64,000 nt of DNA, taken from contig JBCNUW010000004.1 in NCBI GenBank assembly GCA_039630575.1, positions 1 to 64,000 of the forward strand, read 5' to 3'. Shown one piece after another: positions 20,313-29,898 of this stretch. Position 1 is the first letter of the stretch. Every line of letters begins with the position of its first letter. Under the pieces are notes generated by a model. It ran no database searches, was not told the origin of the DNA, and saw only the letters and a list, made by a program, of their open reading frames with translations. The position numbers and the translations under genes are program-made. Source of the DNA: Candidatus Hydrothermales bacterium (lineage in GTDB: Bacteria; Hydrothermota; Hydrothermia; Hydrothermales; JAJRUZ01).

Positions 20313-21607
20313 TCATCAATAGCCTCCTTTTCCTTTGATTCCATTATAACCCTAAGAACAGGTTCTGTATTTGAAATTCTTATATGAATAAATCCTGAAT
20401 CAAACTTTAATCTTAAGCCATCTTCCTCATTTATCTCTAAAAAATTTGATTTTTGAACGAAATTAATTATTTTTTCCGGTATTTTTCTCTCTGAAATGAA
20501 AAACTTTAGCTTTTTGATAAACCTTCTTCTAAATAATTTCCTAAACTCTCTTGAGTCGGAAAGTTGAGTTAAAAATGAAAGGATAATTGCTGTGGCAAAA
20601 AAAGCATCTCTTGTCATGTTAAAACCTTTAACAATAACTCCTCCATTTCCTTCACCACCATATTCTGCACCCTCATCTATCATCTTTTTCAAAACATTGG
20701 CTTCTCCAACTTTAGTTCTATAAACCTTAACATTAAACTTTTCTGCCACATCCTCAACCTGTTCAGTTGTAGAAAAATTTGTAACTATATCTTTTTTTTC
20801 CCTTGATAAAAGATAAAAAAGACATATTGGTAGAGTTTCTTCCTCAGAGAGAATCTCTCCGTCTTTAGTTACGATCTGCAATCTATCCCCATCGGCATCT
20901 ATAGCAAAACCAACATCTACTTTCTTTTCTTTGACAAAATTTCCAAACTCTTTCAAATTATTTATGTTAACTTCAAAAGGTCTTTCAAATTTTCCCATCT
21001 GAACATTAAAAGGTAGAATTTCACAACCTAGTTTATTTAAAAGAAATGGAAATGAGTTAGAACCAGCTCCGCCTCCTGTATCAACAGCTACTTTAAATCT
21101 TTTTTCTCTTACAGAATCTTTTAAAACAAATTTATTTTCAACAATATCATCTATATGCTCTTTAACAGGATCAAATTTTTCTAACTTATAAACATTTTGA
21201 ATTTTTTCCCAGGCAAAGAAACTTATCTCATTTTTAAACCTTTCGATCTCATTCTCAAAAAGGAATCTGCCCTCTGGATGAATAAATTTTAAACCATTCC
21301 ATTCAGGTGGATTGTGGGAAGCACTTATTACAATTCCGATAGAATTTCTTTCTCTTTTTTTAACAGCATAAACGATTGATGGTGTTGGAGCAATTCTACC
21401 ATCTAGAACAACTTTTCCCCTTGATAGAGAGGCAGCAATAACTAAATGAAGAAAACATTTACCAGAGGGTCTTGAATCTCTTCCTACAATCAAAAAAGGA
21501 ACATCAAAAAGATTACAAAAAGTACCAGAAACTTTTAATATATATTCAGGAGTAAGAGATACAAATGATATTCCTCTTAAACCGGAAACTGAAAAAAAAA
21601 GACTCAG
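20282..21607 (-). CDS. Phosphohexomutase (phosphoglucosamine mutase/PMM); probable CTG start
   Basis: ISASHNP, DADGDR, GGEGNGG. The frame extends upstream of the tracked TTG (21493) to the family N-terminus (L)SLFFSVSGLRG, starting at CTG 21607, with an in-frame TAA 9 nt further upstream. Confidence 0.88.
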   Translation of the reverse strand: MSLFFSVSGLRGISFVSLTPEYILKVSGTFCNLFDVPFLIVGRDSRPSGKCFLHLVIAASLSRGKVVLDGRIAPTPSIVYAVKKRERNSIGIVISASHNPPEWNGLKFIHPEGRFLFENEIERFKNEISFFAWEKIQNVYKLEKFDPVKEHIDDIVENKFVLKDSVREKRFKVAVDTGGGAGSNSFPFLLNKLGCEILPFNVQMGKFERPFEVNINNLKEFGNFVKEKKVDVGFAIDADGDRLQIVTKDGEILSEEETLPICLFYLLSREKKDIVTNFSTTEQVEDVAEKFNVKVYRTKVGEANVLKKMIDEGAEYGGEGNGGVIVKGFNMTRDAFFATAIILSFLTQLSDSREFRKLFRRRFIKKLKFFISERKIPEKIINFVQKSNFLEINEEDGLRLKFDSGFIHIRISNTEPVLRVIMESKEKEAIDEWERKIRELI

Positions 21608-21623
21608 TTTAAATTTTTAAAAG

Positions 21624-21696
21624 AGCCAGGGACGGGAGTTGAACCCGCAACCTTCGCATTACGAATGCGATGCTCTACCATTTGAGCTACCCTGGC
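21624..21696 (-). tRNA. tRNA-Thr(CGT), CCA not encoded
   Basis: Acceptor stem GCCAGGG/CCCTGGC, anticodon arm TCGCA-TTCGTAA-TGCGA, T-loop GGTTCAAC. Confidence 0.95.
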
Positions 21697-21746
21697 AATG
21701 CCCATAATTTTAAATTTTAAGTTAGAAAAAGTTATAATTAAAATAG

Positions 21747-23012
21747 ATGAAATCTAAATTTATAGCGGTAGTTGGTCTACAGTGGGGAGATGAAGGAAAA
21801 GGGAAAATCATTGATGCACTAAAAAATGAATACAAAATAGGAATAAGATTCCAGGGTGGTGCGAATGCTGGGCATACTGTTTATAAAGGTGAAGAAAAAA
21901 TAATTTTACATCAACTGCCCTCGAGTATTTTGCATCCTGACAAGGAGGCACTTATAAGTTGTGGCTGTGTTCTTGATCTTGAGGCACTTCTAAAAGAAAA
22001 GGAAGATTTAAATAAAAAAAACATTAATATAGACAGAAGACTTTTCATAGATGAAAGAACACCTCTTGTATTTAATTTTCACAAAGAGGAAGATATTTTA
22101 GAAGAGGATAAAAAAAAAGAAAAAAAGATCGGAACAACAGGTAAAGGTATAGGACCAGCCTACAGAGATTTAATTTCAAGGAAAGCTTTAAAAATAGGAG
22201 ATCTAAAGGATAAAGATTTTGCCTATAAAAAATTTAAAGAGTTATGGGAATTTGCGAGCGAAATAAGAGGAGCAAGATATGGAAGACCAATGATTCCGCC
22301 AGATGAAATTTTTGAAAAAAATTTAGACTTATTTTCAAAAGTAAAGGAATTCATAACTGATGGTATATTATATTTAAAAGAGAAAGAGAAAATCGGTGAG
22401 CCTATGCTTTTTGAAGGAGCACAGGGAGCACTTCTTGATATTGCTCTTGGAACCTATCCCTATGTAACATCTTCACATACTGTTTCTGCTGCAATCTCTC
22501 TGAGTACAGGCATCGCTCCCTGGAAATTAAATAGGATTATCGGTGTTTTTAAATGCTATAGCACAAGAGTAGGAGAAGGACCCTTTCCAACCGAAGAGAA
22601 AGGAGAAATTGGAATTTATCTAAGAGAAATTGGACAAGAATTTGGAGCAACTACAGGTAGACCAAGAAGGTGTGGATGGCTTGATTTACCTCTTTTAAGA
22701 TACTCCATAAGAATAACAGGTGCAACAGAGCTTGTGATAACAAAAATTGATGTTTTAAAGGATCTTAAAAAAATAAAGGTTTGTAAAGCATATGAATATG
22801 ATGGAAAAAAAATTGACTACCCTCCCCCACTTTCACAGCAACTTGAGAAAGTAAAACCTATATATGAAGAATTTGAGGGATTTAAACCTGATGAAAACGA
22901 TAAAAATTTAAGAAACTTCCTTAAATATATAGAAATAGAAACAGGAATAAAAATTACATATTTTTCTGCAACAAAAGGTGAAGAACTTAGAAAAGTTAAG
23001 AATAACAGCTGA
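21747..23012 (+). CDS. purA: Adenylosuccinate synthetase
   Basis: QWGDEGKGK, GGANAGH, IGTTGKGIGPAY, EGAQG, TTGRPRRCGW. Confidence 0.97.
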   Translation: MKSKFIAVVGLQWGDEGKGKIIDALKNEYKIGIRFQGGANAGHTVYKGEEKIILHQLPSSILHPDKEALISCGCVLDLEALLKEKEDLNKKNINIDRRLFIDERTPLVFNFHKEEDILEEDKKKEKKIGTTGKGIGPAYRDLISRKALKIGDLKDKDFAYKKFKELWEFASEIRGARYGRPMIPPDEIFEKNLDLFSKVKEFITDGILYLKEKEKIGEPMLFEGAQGALLDIALGTYPYVTSSHTVSAAISLSTGIAPWKLNRIIGVFKCYSTRVGEGPFPTEEKGEIGIYLREIGQEFGATTGRPRRCGWLDLPLLRYSIRITGATELVITKIDVLKDLKKIKVCKAYEYDGKKIDYPPPLSQQLEKVKPIYEEFEGFKPDENDKNLRNFLKYIEIETGIKITYFSATKGEELRKVKNNS

Positions 23013-24285
23013 ATTTAAAGAGGCAATTGAAGCTTTTAATCTTATTGAGAAAAACGATAAAATACTTATATCATATTCAGGCGGACCTGATTCAACTTTT
23101 TTAACACTTTTACTTTTAAAAATTAAAAAAATATATAACCTTGATCTTTCAATTTTTTATCTAAATCATAAACTTCCTGGAAGTTTGGATTCTGAGAAAG
23201 TAAAGGAGTTTGCCTTAAATCTTGGACTTAAGTTTTATATTTACGAAGAAGATATTGTTAAATTTTCAAAAGAAAATAAACTTAATATTGAAGAGGCTGG
23301 GAGAATAAAAAGGTACTCACTTTTAAAGGAGATATCAAGTAAATATGGTTATAATAAAATTGCAACAGCCCACACTTTAAATGATGCTCTTGAAAGCTTT
23401 ATAATTAGATTCTTAAGAGAGGGCTTCTCGCTTTTAACTCCTCCTATAAAACCAAAATTTAGAAAAGTCATAAGACCTTTAATTTTAACTCCACGGGAAA
23501 AAATTTTAAAAATTTTAAAAGAAAACGATATCTCTTACCATATAGATATTGAAAATTATAGTCTTATAAGGACAAGAAATAAAATAAGACACATTTTAAT
23601 TCCGATTCTGTCTAAGGAATTTAACTACAATCTCGAGAAGTTTAAAAAATTTTATTTAAGAATTATTGAAGAAAGTGAATTTTATGAAAGGAAAATAAAG
23701 GAGGATATAAAATTCGTTACAGAAGAGGAAAATCCATTTTATTTAAAAATTAATAAGGAAAAAATTCTTAAGATGGATTCTTTTAAAAAGAGAGAACTTT
23801 TAAAAAATATATTTTATAATTTTTATGGTGAAAATGAATTAGGACGGGAAATACTTTTTAAAATGGAGAAAATCTTAGAAAATGATGGTAAAATTGAAGT
23901 TAAAAAGAATATTTTTTTTATATCAAGGGGAAATTACGCATTTTTTATAAAAAAGATTACTAATTTTGAAATCACTTTAAAAGAAGGGGAGTTTGAAATA
24001 GAGGGTTTAAAAATAAAAGTAAAAAAAGATAAAGAGAGAGGATTTTTACCTCAAAATATTTTAAATGAAGCTAAATTAAGATTAAGAAGAAGTGGAGATC
24101 TGATTGAGACTGAGAAGGGAAAGATATTAAAATTAAAAAAATTTCTTGAAAATAAAAAAGTACCCTTTTATTTGAGAGATCACTTAGTTGTTTTAGAATA
24201 TAAAGGGAAAATAGTTTGGATAGAAGGGTTTGAACCTTTTTTAAAAGGGAAAGATGTAAAAATTGAGGTAATAAGATGGAACTAA
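22978..24285 (+). CDS. tilS: tRNA(Ile)-lysidine synthetase
   Basis: PP-loop SGGPDS, ATAH..ND, IRPL, RNKIRH; tilS-hpt-ftsH synteny. Confidence 0.93.
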   Translation: MKNLEKLRITAEFKEAIEAFNLIEKNDKILISYSGGPDSTFLTLLLLKIKKIYNLDLSIFYLNHKLPGSLDSEKVKEFALNLGLKFYIYEEDIVKFSKENKLNIEEAGRIKRYSLLKEISSKYGYNKIATAHTLNDALESFIIRFLREGFSLLTPPIKPKFRKVIRPLILTPREKILKILKENDISYHIDIENYSLIRTRNKIRHILIPILSKEFNYNLEKFKKFYLRIIEESEFYERKIKEDIKFVTEEENPFYLKINKEKILKMDSFKKRELLKNIFYNFYGENELGREILFKMEKILENDGKIEVKKNIFFISRGNYAFFIKKITNFEITLKEGEFEIEGLKIKVKKDKERGFLPQNILNEAKLRLRRSGDLIETEKGKILKLKKFLENKKVPFYLRDHLVVLEYKGKIVWIEGFEPFLKGKDVKIEVIRWN

Positions 24286-24812
24286 TTTTAAAAGAAAAAG
24301 ACATCAAAAAAAAGGTAAAAGAAATTGCAAAACTATTAAAAAAGGAATATAAAGGGAAAAATCCTGTAATAATTGGAATTTTAAAGGGGGGATTTATATT
24401 TCTATCTGACTTAATAAGAGAAATGGGAATAGACTGTACTCTTGAATTCATAAGACTTTCAAGTTATGGGAAAAAATCAAAAATAACTGAAAAGGATGTT
24501 AAAATAATGTGGGATCTACCAGTTAATATTGAAAATAAAGATGTTATATTAGTTGAGGATATAGTTGACACGGGCTTTACCCTTAAATTTCTCAAAGAAA
24601 ATCTCCTAAAGAGAAAACCAAGATCTTTGAAAACGGTAGTATTTCTTGATAAGTATGAAAGAAGAGAAGCAGATGTAGAAATTGATATAATTGGTTTTAA
24701 AGTTCCAAACAAGTTCCTTGTAGGTTATGGGCTTGATTACAATGAAAAGTTCAGGTATTTTAAAAATGTATACGGACTTAACCATGAAGAAATAATAAAG
24801 TATGGAAAATGA
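24276..24812 (+). CDS. hpt: Hypoxanthine phosphoribosyltransferase
   Basis: ILKGGFIF, VEDIVDTG, FLVGYGLD. Confidence 0.95.
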   Translation: MELILKEKDIKKKVKEIAKLLKKEYKGKNPVIIGILKGGFIFLSDLIREMGIDCTLEFIRLSSYGKKSKITEKDVKIMWDLPVNIENKDVILVEDIVDTGFTLKFLKENLLKRKPRSLKTVVFLDKYERREADVEIDIIGFKVPNKFLVGYGLDYNEKFRYFKNVYGLNHEEIIKYGK

Positions 24813-26644
24813 ACGGAAAAGATAAAAAGGAAAATAAAGTAATAAATTTCTCAACTTTACTAACTTGGATACTAGTGTTTTTAATTGCTATTTTATTTTT
24901 AGTTTATTATACAGAAAAAAATTTAAGAATTTTAAATTTAACCTACTCTGAATTTATTCAGGAAGTGGAAAAGGGAAATATAAAGCGAGTTACGGTATCA
25001 GAAAGAGAAATTCAAGGTGAATTTAAAAATTCAAAGGTAGTAAAAGGTATTCCCTATAATGAGTTTAAGATTGCTCTTCCTATGGAAAAACCTGACATTT
25101 TAGATTTTTTAGTTAAGAAGAATGTTACAGTTGAAACGAAGGTAAAAAGTCCTTTCTTAGATTTTCTTTTAGGATACCTTCCTTGGCTTTTATTACTTAT
25201 TGGTATATGGTTTTTATTTTTCAGGCAGATACAGGCAGGTAATTCAAAGGCTTTTTCATTTATAAAGGTGAGAGCAAAGCTTTTAACTGATAAAAAACCA
25301 AACGTAACTTTTAATGACGTAGCTGGATGTGATGAGGCAAAGGAGGAATTAAAGGAAGTTGTAGAGTTTTTAAAAAATCCTCAAAAATTTCAAAAGCTTG
25401 GAGCAAAGATTCCTAAGGGAGTTTTACTTGTAGGAGCACCTGGTACAGGTAAAACACTTTTAGCAAAAGCAGTGGCTGGAGAGGCAGGTGTTCCTTTTTT
25501 GTCAATTTCGGGATCTGACTTTGTTGAGCTATTTGTAGGTGTTGGGGCAGCAAGAGTTAGGGATCTATTTGAGCAGGCGAGAAAAAATGCACCCTGTATA
25601 ATATTCATTGATGAGATAGACGCCGTTGGAAGGCTAAGAGGAGCAGGTCTCGGTGGGGGGCATGACGAGAGAGAACAAACATTGAACCAAATACTTGTTG
25701 AAATGGATGGCTTTGATACAAGGGAAGGAATCATAGTAATGGCTGCAACAAACAGACCAGACATACTTGATCCAGCTCTTTTAAGACCAGGAAGATTTGA
25801 TAGAAGAATAGTTTTACCAATTCCTGATGTTAGAGGAAGAGAAGATATAATAAAGATACATGCAAGAAATAAACCAATTGGTGAAGATGTTGATTTTTCA
25901 GTTATTGCAAAGGGAACTCCTGGATTTTCTGGTGCTGATCTTGCAAATCTGGTAAATGAAGCAGCCCTACTTGCAGCAAGAAAAGGTAAGGAAAAAATCA
26001 CTATGGAAGATTTTGAGGAAGCAAAGGATAAAATCCTTATGGGCGTTGCAAGAAAGAGTATGGTTTTAACTCACAGGGAAAGAGAACAAGTTGCCTATCA
26101 TGAATCAGGTCATGCAATACTTTCTCTTTTACTCCCAAACGCTGATCCAATTCATAAGGTCACAATTATTCCAAGGGGTCAAGCTCTTGGAGTAACTCAG
26201 CAGTTACCAAAAGATGATAGACATATCTATTCAAAGGAATATCTTTTAGATCAGTTAACAGTTCTTATGGGAGGTAGGGTAGCAGAAAAACTAATATTTA
26301 GTAGTATTTCAACAGGTGCTGCTAATGATATAGAAACAGCTACTCAAATAGCAAGAAAAATGGTCGGAGAATGGGGAATGAGTGAAAGAATAGGTCCAGT
26401 TTCTTTTGGTAAACAGGAAGAAGAAATTTTTCTTGGAAGGGAGTTAGGACTAAAAAGAAATATTAGTGAAAAAATTAGTGAATTAATTGATGAGGAAGTT
26501 AAAAGAGTCATAGAAGAAGCAGAAAAAAGAGCGGAGAATTTACTTTTAGGTAAAATTAATGCTCTTCATAAACTTGCTAAAACATTGCTTGAAAAAGAAA
26601 TTCTTGATGCTGAGGAAATAAAAAAGATTGTTTTAGAGGGTTAA
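24809..26644 (+). CDS. ftsH: ATP-dependent metalloprotease FtsH
   Basis: Two TMs, [31 protein letters not shown]. Confidence 0.97.
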   Translation: MNGKDKKENKVINFSTLLTWILVFLIAILFLVYYTEKNLRILNLTYSEFIQEVEKGNIKRVTVSEREIQGEFKNSKVVKGIPYNEFKIALPMEKPDILDFLVKKNVTVETKVKSPFLDFLLGYLPWLLLLIGIWFLFFRQIQAGNSKAFSFIKVRAKLLTDKKPNVTFNDVAGCDEAKEELKEVVEFLKNPQKFQKLGAKIPKGVLLVGAPGTGKTLLAKAVAGEAGVPFLSISGSDFVELFVGVGAARVRDLFEQARKNAPCIIFIDEIDAVGRLRGAGLGGGHDEREQTLNQILVEMDGFDTREGIIVMAATNRPDILDPALLRPGRFDRRIVLPIPDVRGREDIIKIHARNKPIGEDVDFSVIAKGTPGFSGADLANLVNEAALLAARKGKEKITMEDFEEAKDKILMGVARKSMVLTHREREQVAYHESGHAILSLLLPNADPIHKVTIIPRGQALGVTQQLPKDDRHIYSKEYLLDQLTVLMGGRVAEKLIFSSISTGAANDIETATQIARKMVGEWGMSERIGPVSFGKQEEEIFLGRELGLKRNISEKISELIDEEVKRVIEEAEKRAENLLLGKINALHKLAKTLLEKEILDAEEIKKIVLEG

Positions 26645-27520
26645 ATTAATATTTCTTAAAAATCCCTTTAATTTTATTCTTTTTAATGGGCTTTCTTTAA
26701 AATATTTTTCTGGGTTTTTAATAAAATGATCTAAATCGAAGTTGGAAACATAGGGGTGAAGGGGAAAATCTGTAAGTTCTGTTGGATTTCTATTCCATGG
26801 ACAAACTTCCTGACATATATCACATCCAAAAATCCATCCATTTAATTTTTTTGAAATTTCATCAGGAATTTCTCCTTTATTTTCAACAGTGTGATAGGAA
26901 ATACATTTATTTGAGTCCAAAACAAAGGGCTTTATAATTGCCTTAGTTGGGCAAGCTTCAATACATCTCTGACAATTTCCACAATAATTTTTTTTAACTT
27001 CTCTATCAGACTCAACGTAACAGTTCATAAGAACTATACCCAAAACTAAATAGGAACCTTTTTTAAAGGAAATAAGCATTGTATTTTTACCTATAAAACC
27101 GAGACCTGCTTTTCTTGCAAACATTCTCTCAAGAATTGGTCCTGTGTCAACATAAATTTTATAGTCAATATCTTTAAAGTTCTTTTTCGTTTCTTCCATA
27201 ATTTTTTTCAATTTATTATAGAGAAACTTATGGTAATCAACATGTAAAGCATAACTGGCAATTTTAAATTTTTCAAAATATAGCTTTTTGTAAGGAACAG
27301 CAACTACTAAAATGCTTTTAACATCGCTGTATACTTTTTTAACATCAATCCTTTTATCAAGTGTTTTTTCCATCCATAACATTTTGGCGTGATATTTATT
27401 TTTAATCCAGTTTATTAGAGAGAAAGCATCATTTTCATCTACACATGGATCTGTAAAACCATAAATATAGATTTTTTCTTCTTCTAATTTTTCCTTAATG
27501 AATTCCTTTAAATTTTTCAT
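26633..27520 (-). CDS. queG: Epoxyqueuosine reductase
   Basis: VDTGPILER, AGLGFIGKN, CGNCQRCIEACPT, CISY, GCDICQEVCPWN. Confidence 0.93.
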   Translation of the reverse strand: MKNLKEFIKEKLEEEKIYIYGFTDPCVDENDAFSLINWIKNKYHAKMLWMEKTLDKRIDVKKVYSDVKSILVVAVPYKKLYFEKFKIASYALHVDYHKFLYNKLKKIMEETKKNFKDIDYKIYVDTGPILERMFARKAGLGFIGKNTMLISFKKGSYLVLGIVLMNCYVESDREVKKNYCGNCQRCIEACPTKAIIKPFVLDSNKCISYHTVENKGEIPDEISKKLNGWIFGCDICQEVCPWNRNPTELTDFPLHPYVSNFDLDHFIKNPEKYFKESPLKRIKLKGFLRNINLTL

Positions 27521-27533
27521 ATAAAATAATAAA
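27521..27533. promoter_or_regulatory. 13-bp divergent intergenic gap with overlapping -10-like hexamers (putative leaderless promoters)
   Basis: + strand TAAAAT-6 nt-ATG (holB); - strand TATTAT-5 nt-ATG (queG); no SD on either side. Confidence 0.55.
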
Positions 27534-28544
27534 ATGGATGTTTTTGGGCATAAAAATCAAATTAGCTTTTTTGAAAAAATTATAAAAGAAAATAAACTTA
27601 AAGGTGGTTATATACTTTCAGGACCAGAAGGAGTTGGAAAACTTGAAACTCTCAAATTTATATTGATGAAATATGTTTGTAAGGATAATGTTCCCTGTTT
27701 TGAATGTTTAATGTGCAAAAGATTAAAAAGTCTAACAATTCCAGATATAAATTTTATATTACCCGACAAAATAAGTGAAAACTTGAATGAGTTATATGAG
27801 AAAAAGGAATGGACATTCGAAAATTTAAGAACTGATTATTTTTCAAGGGAATTATCAATTGGAATAGACACAATAAGGAAAATAGAAAATGAACTTTTAG
27901 TAAGACCAATTGAACTTAAAAAAAAGTTCTATATTTTTCTTGATGCTGATTTGATGGGAAGAGAAGCTCAGAATGCTTTTTTAAAGATATTAGAGGAACC
28001 ACCAGACTTTGTAACTTACTTCTTGATTACACCTTTTCCGGATTCTCTTCATCTTACCATAAGATCAAGATGTATTCAAATTCCATTTTTTAATTTAAGT
28101 TTAAAAGATTTTAAAAAATATTTTGATGGAAGTAAAAATATTTATTTTCTTTATAGAATATCATCTGGATCAATAGGAAAGGCAAAAAGAATTCTTAAGG
28201 AAAATTTGTTAGACGAGTATGGAAAATTTTTAAAAGAAATGATGAGAAATGAAGAGGAACCTTATTTTTCTTACAGAGAGGAAAGTAGAGAATTTTTAAG
28301 GGATAAAATTTTTCTTTTTGGTTTTTTTTTGAGAGAAATAACAGAACTAAAACTTGGGAATAGAGAGATTTTTAAGGAGCATCCTTATCCTTCAGAGATA
28401 GATTATTTAAATAAAAGAATAGACGGATATACTCTTGATCTTTTATATGAAAAATATTATAAAATTCTTGAAGGCTTAAAGAGAAACATCCCAAATTATC
28501 TTATTACATATCTTATTGATTCTATTAGATTTGGGCTCGCATAA
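27534..28544 (+). CDS. holB: DNA polymerase III delta' subunit
   Basis: GPEGVGK, C..PC..C..C, AQNAFLKILEEPP, TIRSRC. Confidence 0.88.
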   Translation: MDVFGHKNQISFFEKIIKENKLKGGYILSGPEGVGKLETLKFILMKYVCKDNVPCFECLMCKRLKSLTIPDINFILPDKISENLNELYEKKEWTFENLRTDYFSRELSIGIDTIRKIENELLVRPIELKKKFYIFLDADLMGREAQNAFLKILEEPPDFVTYFLITPFPDSLHLTIRSRCIQIPFFNLSLKDFKKYFDGSKNIYFLYRISSGSIGKAKRILKENLLDEYGKFLKEMMRNEEEPYFSYREESREFLRDKIFLFGFFLREITELKLGNREIFKEHPYPSEIDYLNKRIDGYTLDLLYEKYYKILEGLKRNIPNYLITYLIDSIRFGLA

Positions 28545-28550
28545 TATATA

Positions 28551-29408
28551 ATGGAAATAAAGAATATTCTTTGGGCAACTGACTTTAATCCTTTATCAAA
28601 TTATGCTTTCGATTGGGCGAAATTTTTTTCTTTAAAATTTAAGGCAAAACTGTATGCTATCCACATAATTCCAGAAACAGAAAAATTTATATCTGAGAAA
28701 AGAGAGGAAATTGAAAATATGTTCAATCTTATAGAAAAGGAAAAAATTAAATTAGCACAAAAAACTTTTGAGGCAAAAAGAAAGGAGATAAAGGAAGAAA
28801 TAGAATTTGAAACATATATTTTTAAAGGTGAAATAAAGAGCAAAATTGTTGAATTTGTAAACGAAAAGGGAATAGATCTTTTAATTTTAGGTGCATCAAG
28901 TAATGAAGAAAAACAAAAAATTGGAACGACAAGTTATAGAATTCTAACTGAAATAAGGATTCCGGTTTTGGTAGTAAAGGAAAGAAAAAAATTAGAAGTT
29001 AAAAAGATACTTGTGCCAATTGATTTTACAAAATTATCATTTAAAGCACTTGAGTATGCTATTTTTCTCTCTGAAAAATTAAATTCAGAGATCCATGTTT
29101 TACATGTTATTGAAATTTTAGAGTCAATGGGATTAAAAGAAACTGAGGAGAAATTAATCGAGTTAACAACAAAAATTTTAGAAAGGGAAAAAGAAAAGTA
29201 TGGAGAAAAGTATAGGATTTTTGTAAATGCTATAAAGAGGGATGCAGCGGAGATAGGAATAGTTGAATTTGCAAATGAAAACGATATTGATATTATTTGT
29301 TTAGCTACAAGGGGTAAAAAAGGGCTATCACATTTCTTTCTTGGTTCTATAGCTGAGAAGGTTTTAAGGCTATCTGAATTACCAGTTCTTGCTTTTAATC
29401 CCATATGA
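28551..29408 (+). CDS. Tandem universal stress protein
   Basis: Two USP domains (ILWATDF; ILVPIDF...GSIAEKVLR..PVL). Confidence 0.93.
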   Translation: MEIKNILWATDFNPLSNYAFDWAKFFSLKFKAKLYAIHIIPETEKFISEKREEIENMFNLIEKEKIKLAQKTFEAKRKEIKEEIEFETYIFKGEIKSKIVEFVNEKGIDLLILGASSNEEKQKIGTTSYRILTEIRIPVLVVKERKKLEVKKILVPIDFTKLSFKALEYAIFLSEKLNSEIHVLHVIEILESMGLKETEEKLIELTTKILEREKEKYGEKYRIFVNAIKRDAAEIGIVEFANENDIDIICLATRGKKGLSHFFLGSIAEKVLRLSELPVLAFNPI

Positions 29409-29455
29409 TCTATTGATTATCAGTAGAAATTCTTATATAATTGAAAATAGAATTT

Positions 29456-29546
29456 GGAGGGGTGGCCGAGTGGTTTAAGGCGGCGGCTTGCTAAGCCGTT
29501 TCTCCGATAAAAGTCGGGGACGCGGGTTCGAATCCCGCCCCCTCCG
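29456..29546 (+). tRNA. tRNA-Ser(GCT), long variable arm, CCA not encoded
   Basis: GGAGGGG/CCCCTCC acceptor stem, anticodon loop TTGCTAA, GGTTCGAATCC. Confidence 0.95.
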
Positions 29547-29570
29547 CTTTCTCTAACCTTTGGAGGTAAA

Positions 29571-29885
29571 ATGATATCTAAAGAAAAAGTACTTGAAAAA
29601 ATGAAAAATGTATACGATCCAGAAATACCCGTAAATGTTGTTGACCTTGGACTTGTATACGACATAAAAATTGAAGATGAGGGTAAAATAAACATATTAA
29701 TGACTCTTACAGCTCCAGGTTGTCCAATATACGGATATATAGCTGAGCAAGTAAAAAAAGAAGTGAAAACTCTTATAGGTGTAAAAGAAGTGAACGTCGA
29801 ATTTACCTTTGATCCACCTTGGACACCAGAAAAAATGACTGAAGAGGGTAAAGAAGCACTAAGATCTATGGGATTTAATATATAG
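29571..29885 (+). CDS. Fe-S cluster assembly protein (DUF59/SufT-like)
   Basis: VYDPEIPVNVVDLGLVY, MTLTAPGCP, FDPPW; GGAGG SD. Confidence 0.93.
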   Translation: MISKEKVLEKMKNVYDPEIPVNVVDLGLVYDIKIEDEGKINILMTLTAPGCPIYGYIAEQVKKEVKTLIGVKEVNVEFTFDPPWTPEKMTEEGKEALRSMGFNI

Positions 29886-29898
29886 TAAATTAATAAAT

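Noticed and set aside
25390..26001. 203-aa antisense ORF in ftsH (also 17639-18112, 28934-29404, 12793-13242 and similar)
   Set aside because: These are shadow frames of well-conserved genes, with Ser/Phe/Ile-rich composition and no motifs.
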